Shown here: positions 55,374 through 57,563 of the stretch, piece by piece
Layout of the letters: every line of letters begins with the position of its first letter
Position numbering within the stretch: position 1 is the stretch's first letter
IMG/VR virus record: IMGVR_UViG_3300027736_000054
Coordinates: 1 to 57,563 of that record
Source of the DNA: a virus
Taxonomy: Duplodnaviria; Caudoviricetes
Length of the DNA: 57,563 nucleotides
Reading direction: 5' to 3' (one strand)
Translations under genes and position numbers: made by a program
Notes under the pieces: generated by a model
Database searches by the model: none
What the model saw: only the letters and a program-made list of their open reading frames with translations
What the model was told of the DNA's origin: nothing

Positions 55374-56078
55374 TTACTTTTCATAGTGGGTGGGTTCGCT
55401 GGTAAAAGGGGGTGGGTCTTCCATACTGGAAAAATTGTCAGATTGTTCGAGTGGAATAGTATGTTTAGCGAGAGTCGGAGTCACATTTTGATTTGGGTTG
55501 GTGGTGGGTGAGTGGGTCGCATGGTTTGCCAATTCCGACAGCAGGGAATCAGCGTCTATCGTTTCTATATCTGTTGCCGAGTCTTTCATTAGTAATCTAA
55601 TCTGCTTTAACAATTCGCTCTTCGCTTTATCACTTGAATGATGCACGATTGTTTCTTTCCGCTCTGTAAACAATGCCACCTCGGTTACTGTTCCAAGCAC
55701 TTTAGCAGATGCAACCTTTGTGGCCTGCTTTGCTGTTGGGTCGATTAGCACTTGTACAAGGGATTGAATAATTAAAGCCCGTAAACCTTCAGCCGTTCTA
55801 TGTTTACTTGCCTCTAATGCAAGGGTATAAGCCTGTATTTCCGCAGATATTCGGGAATCTTTTGAGAGTCTAGAACCCGCATCACCCGCAGTCTTCGGTT
55901 TAGCCTTACTAGAATAAACCTTCCTATAACTTCCCGCCTTTGTATTACCCTTTGCCACTTCAATAGCAAATTGTTTCTGTTTATGCGTCAACCCTCTATC
56001 AGTAGACTTGCCGAGTATATCTACAATAGGGACTTGTTCCAATCCTTCTACTATCTCTCTTCTACTTAATTTGTGCAT
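55374..56078 (-). CDS. terminase small subunit (putative)
   Basis: HTH-like LTHKQKQFAIEVAKGNTKAGSYRKVY; upstream of TerL. Confidence 0.7.
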   Translation of the reverse strand: MHKLSRREIVEGLEQVPIVDILGKSTDRGLTHKQKQFAIEVAKGNTKAGSYRKVYSSKAKPKTAGDAGSRLSKDSRISAEIQAYTLALEASKHRTAEGLRALIIQSLVQVLIDPTAKQATKVASAKVLGTVTEVALFTERKETIVHHSSDKAKSELLKQIRLLMKDSATDIETIDADSLLSELANHATHSPTTNPNQNVTPTLAKHTIPLEQSDNFSSMEDPPPFTSEPTHYEK

Positions 56079-56111
56079 AAACTGTCTCGCTTCGCTTTAA
56101 ACAATGCCCGC

Positions 56112-56141
56112 AGTATAGGGTAACAAAAGGGTAATCGTCAA
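56112..56141 (-). promoter_or_regulatory. sigma70-type promoter upstream of the packaging/structural block
   Basis: TTGACG-N18-TATACT on the minus strand upstream of the TerS-like gene. Confidence 0.55.
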
Positions 56142-56186
56142 TAGGTGTTGCCTATCAACCCTTCAAATCAAATAAAAAATATTGTT

Positions 56187-56215
56187 TTGACAAGGTAAAC
56201 CGATTCCTCAATACT
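56187..56215 (+). promoter_or_regulatory. sigma70-type promoter for the rightward small genes
   Basis: TTGACA-N17-AATACT. Confidence 0.6.
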
Positions 56216-56284
56216 AGCGTTATGTAGGTGCTACATGACGCACTTATGTAACAGATAACTATATCAATCAACGAAAGGGAAACT

Positions 56285-56587
56285 ATGATGACAGTAATAA
56301 AAATTGGACATTCAGCATATAAAGGGACTAATGCGCTTCGCTTTTGTTTTAGTAAGGCGCAAGCAGTACGGGTTTTATGTAATCGGGGAATGAAACGCAC
56401 ACAAGCCCGCCTAGCCATCAAAGCCCTAACAGCCAAGCAAATAGGGTGCATAACAATTAACTATGAAATCTGCGAATTGGCAGACATGACCGACATACTA
56501 AACAACCCCGACCTTAGAAAACAATACGGCTTTTATGCGACTACAAAGGAAATCAAAGCCACTTGGAAAAACGCAACCGAACTCTGA
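56285..56587 (+). CDS. hypothetical (early-type) protein
   Basis: AAGGGA RBS; first gene after the promoter. Confidence 0.65.
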   Translation: MMTVIKIGHSAYKGTNALRFCFSKAQAVRVLCNRGMKRTQARLAIKALTAKQIGCITINYEICELADMTDILNNPDLRKQYGFYATTKEIKATWKNATEL

Positions 56588-56597
56588 AAGGTAAACA

Positions 56598-56831
56598 ATG
56601 ATTATTTTCAAACAGTCCTACGGACAATTCAACGAAGAAAAAGACGGGAGGTTATCAGGCCATGTTTTAACCATCACGGGAAAACGCAAAGACAATAAAT
56701 ATATGGTCTGTCACGCTTTTGGGTCAGGCAGTAGACTAAAAAAAATCTACAGCACCGAACAATTGATTGAAGAAATTTTAAAAGTAGACCCGACCGCTTT
56801 TTTGAATTTAAGGAAGGAAGCCACAGCATGA
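56598..56831 (+). CDS. hypothetical (early-type) protein
   Basis: AAGG RBS; coupled to the next gene. Confidence 0.65.
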   Translation: MIIFKQSYGQFNEEKDGRLSGHVLTITGKRKDNKYMVCHAFGSGSRLKKIYSTEQLIEEILKVDPTAFLNLRKEATA

Positions 56832-57013
56832 AAACGATAACAGTACAAGTGAAATCAAACTATGGGCAAACTGTCGCATATCCCGTATGCACCGAGTCAA
56901 AATTATTCGCCAAATTAGCAGGCACAAAGACCCTGACAATTGACGCACTTAAAACAATCAAAGCCCTTGGTTTTGAAGTAATCCAACAAGCCCCACAACT
57001 ATTGAAAGTCTAA
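56828..57013 (+). CDS. hypothetical (early-type) protein
   Basis: YGQTVAYPVC..SKLFAKLAGTKTLT...IKALGF. Confidence 0.7.
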   Translation: MKTITVQVKSNYGQTVAYPVCTESKLFAKLAGTKTLTIDALKTIKALGFEVIQQAPQLLKV

Positions 57014-57015
57014 CC

Positions 57016-57525
57016 ATGTCCAACGAATCAAACGCACTTGCAAGCCTAATCGGGAAAACCCAACACTTGCCCCGCCCCTATTGTCTCAGCGATGGAAGCC
57101 CAAAATTTAGGGCGCAAAGAGCCTTAAACGACAAGACTCACTATGTCACCGACTCATCACTCAAATATCACTATTCTAAAATTTTATCAGCCCTCCCAGT
57201 ATCTAGCGGGTTATTCTTTAAGATTATTGAATCAGTAGCCATCGACCCGTACAACACACAAAGAGGCTTTCGAGCCGTGTTATTTGACATTTTCGGAACT
57301 GTCGTATATCGCCCATCATTGGAAGAAACCCTAAAAAGCACAGTTAAAGCAGATAAAGAATTTTATTCTTGGTTTGAAACATTTAACGAATTGAAGCATT
57401 ATCGAGAGGCAATTCAATTCAAACATGAAAATTTAAAAAGGGAAACCGAAGATATGAAGGAAATATTTACAAAAATACATAAACAACAATGGTTGCATGA
57501 ACGATTGGAAAGAATCGAAGCATGA
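57016..57525 (+). CDS. hypothetical (early-type) protein
   Basis: 169-aa ORF in the same operon. Confidence 0.7.
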   Translation: MSNESNALASLIGKTQHLPRPYCLSDGSPKFRAQRALNDKTHYVTDSSLKYHYSKILSALPVSSGLFFKIIESVAIDPYNTQRGFRAVLFDIFGTVVYRPSLEETLKSTVKADKEFYSWFETFNELKHYREAIQFKHENLKRETEDMKEIFTKIHKQQWLHERLERIEA

Positions 57526-57563
57526 AACCGAATTTTTTATTCTATTTAGAAGCCCAACCCGAA

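Noticed and set aside
1-57563. Integrase, DNA polymerase, RNA polymerase, rRNA or host genes
   Set aside because: None recognised. Lifestyle and host cannot be determined, and the window may omit part of the genome between its two ends.

Overview
This window is most of a tailed dsDNA phage genome with podovirus-like organisation. The minus strand carries a structural/packaging block at ~12.2-56.1 kb: TerS, TerL, portal, GroES-like protein, scaffold, major capsid, tail fibres, lysis genes, nozzle, and ejection proteins including a 2109-aa polyvalent protein. A minus-strand replication block at 0.5-6.6 kb encodes a Toprim primase, SF2 helicase, ParB-like protein and VRR-NUC-like nuclease. A plus-strand recombination block lies at 8.8-12.2 kb. 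The standout is 6609-8849. A perfect sigma70 promoter (TTGACA-N17-TATAAT) precedes a ~1.1-kb non-coding array of 10 units. Each unit is a tract of 9-16 GGY-NN pentamers (fixed GGY, variable dinucleotide) closed by a ~47-nt two-hairpin repeat with covarying stems. Directly downstream are a 188-aa protein with RAMP/Cas7-like motifs and a translationally coupled 161-aa unknown. I infer a minimal phage-encoded RNA-guided system in which the NN dinucleotides form a non-contiguous guide; from memory it resembles the recently described VIPR-type systems, which I cannot verify here. Also seen: a 14-bp palindrome TGGWAACGTTWCCA (7 exact copies, 1 near copy; parS/operator-like), two candidate structured RNAs, a frameshifted HNH remnant and several unlisted small genes. 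All family calls come from reading motifs by eye; no database search was run.
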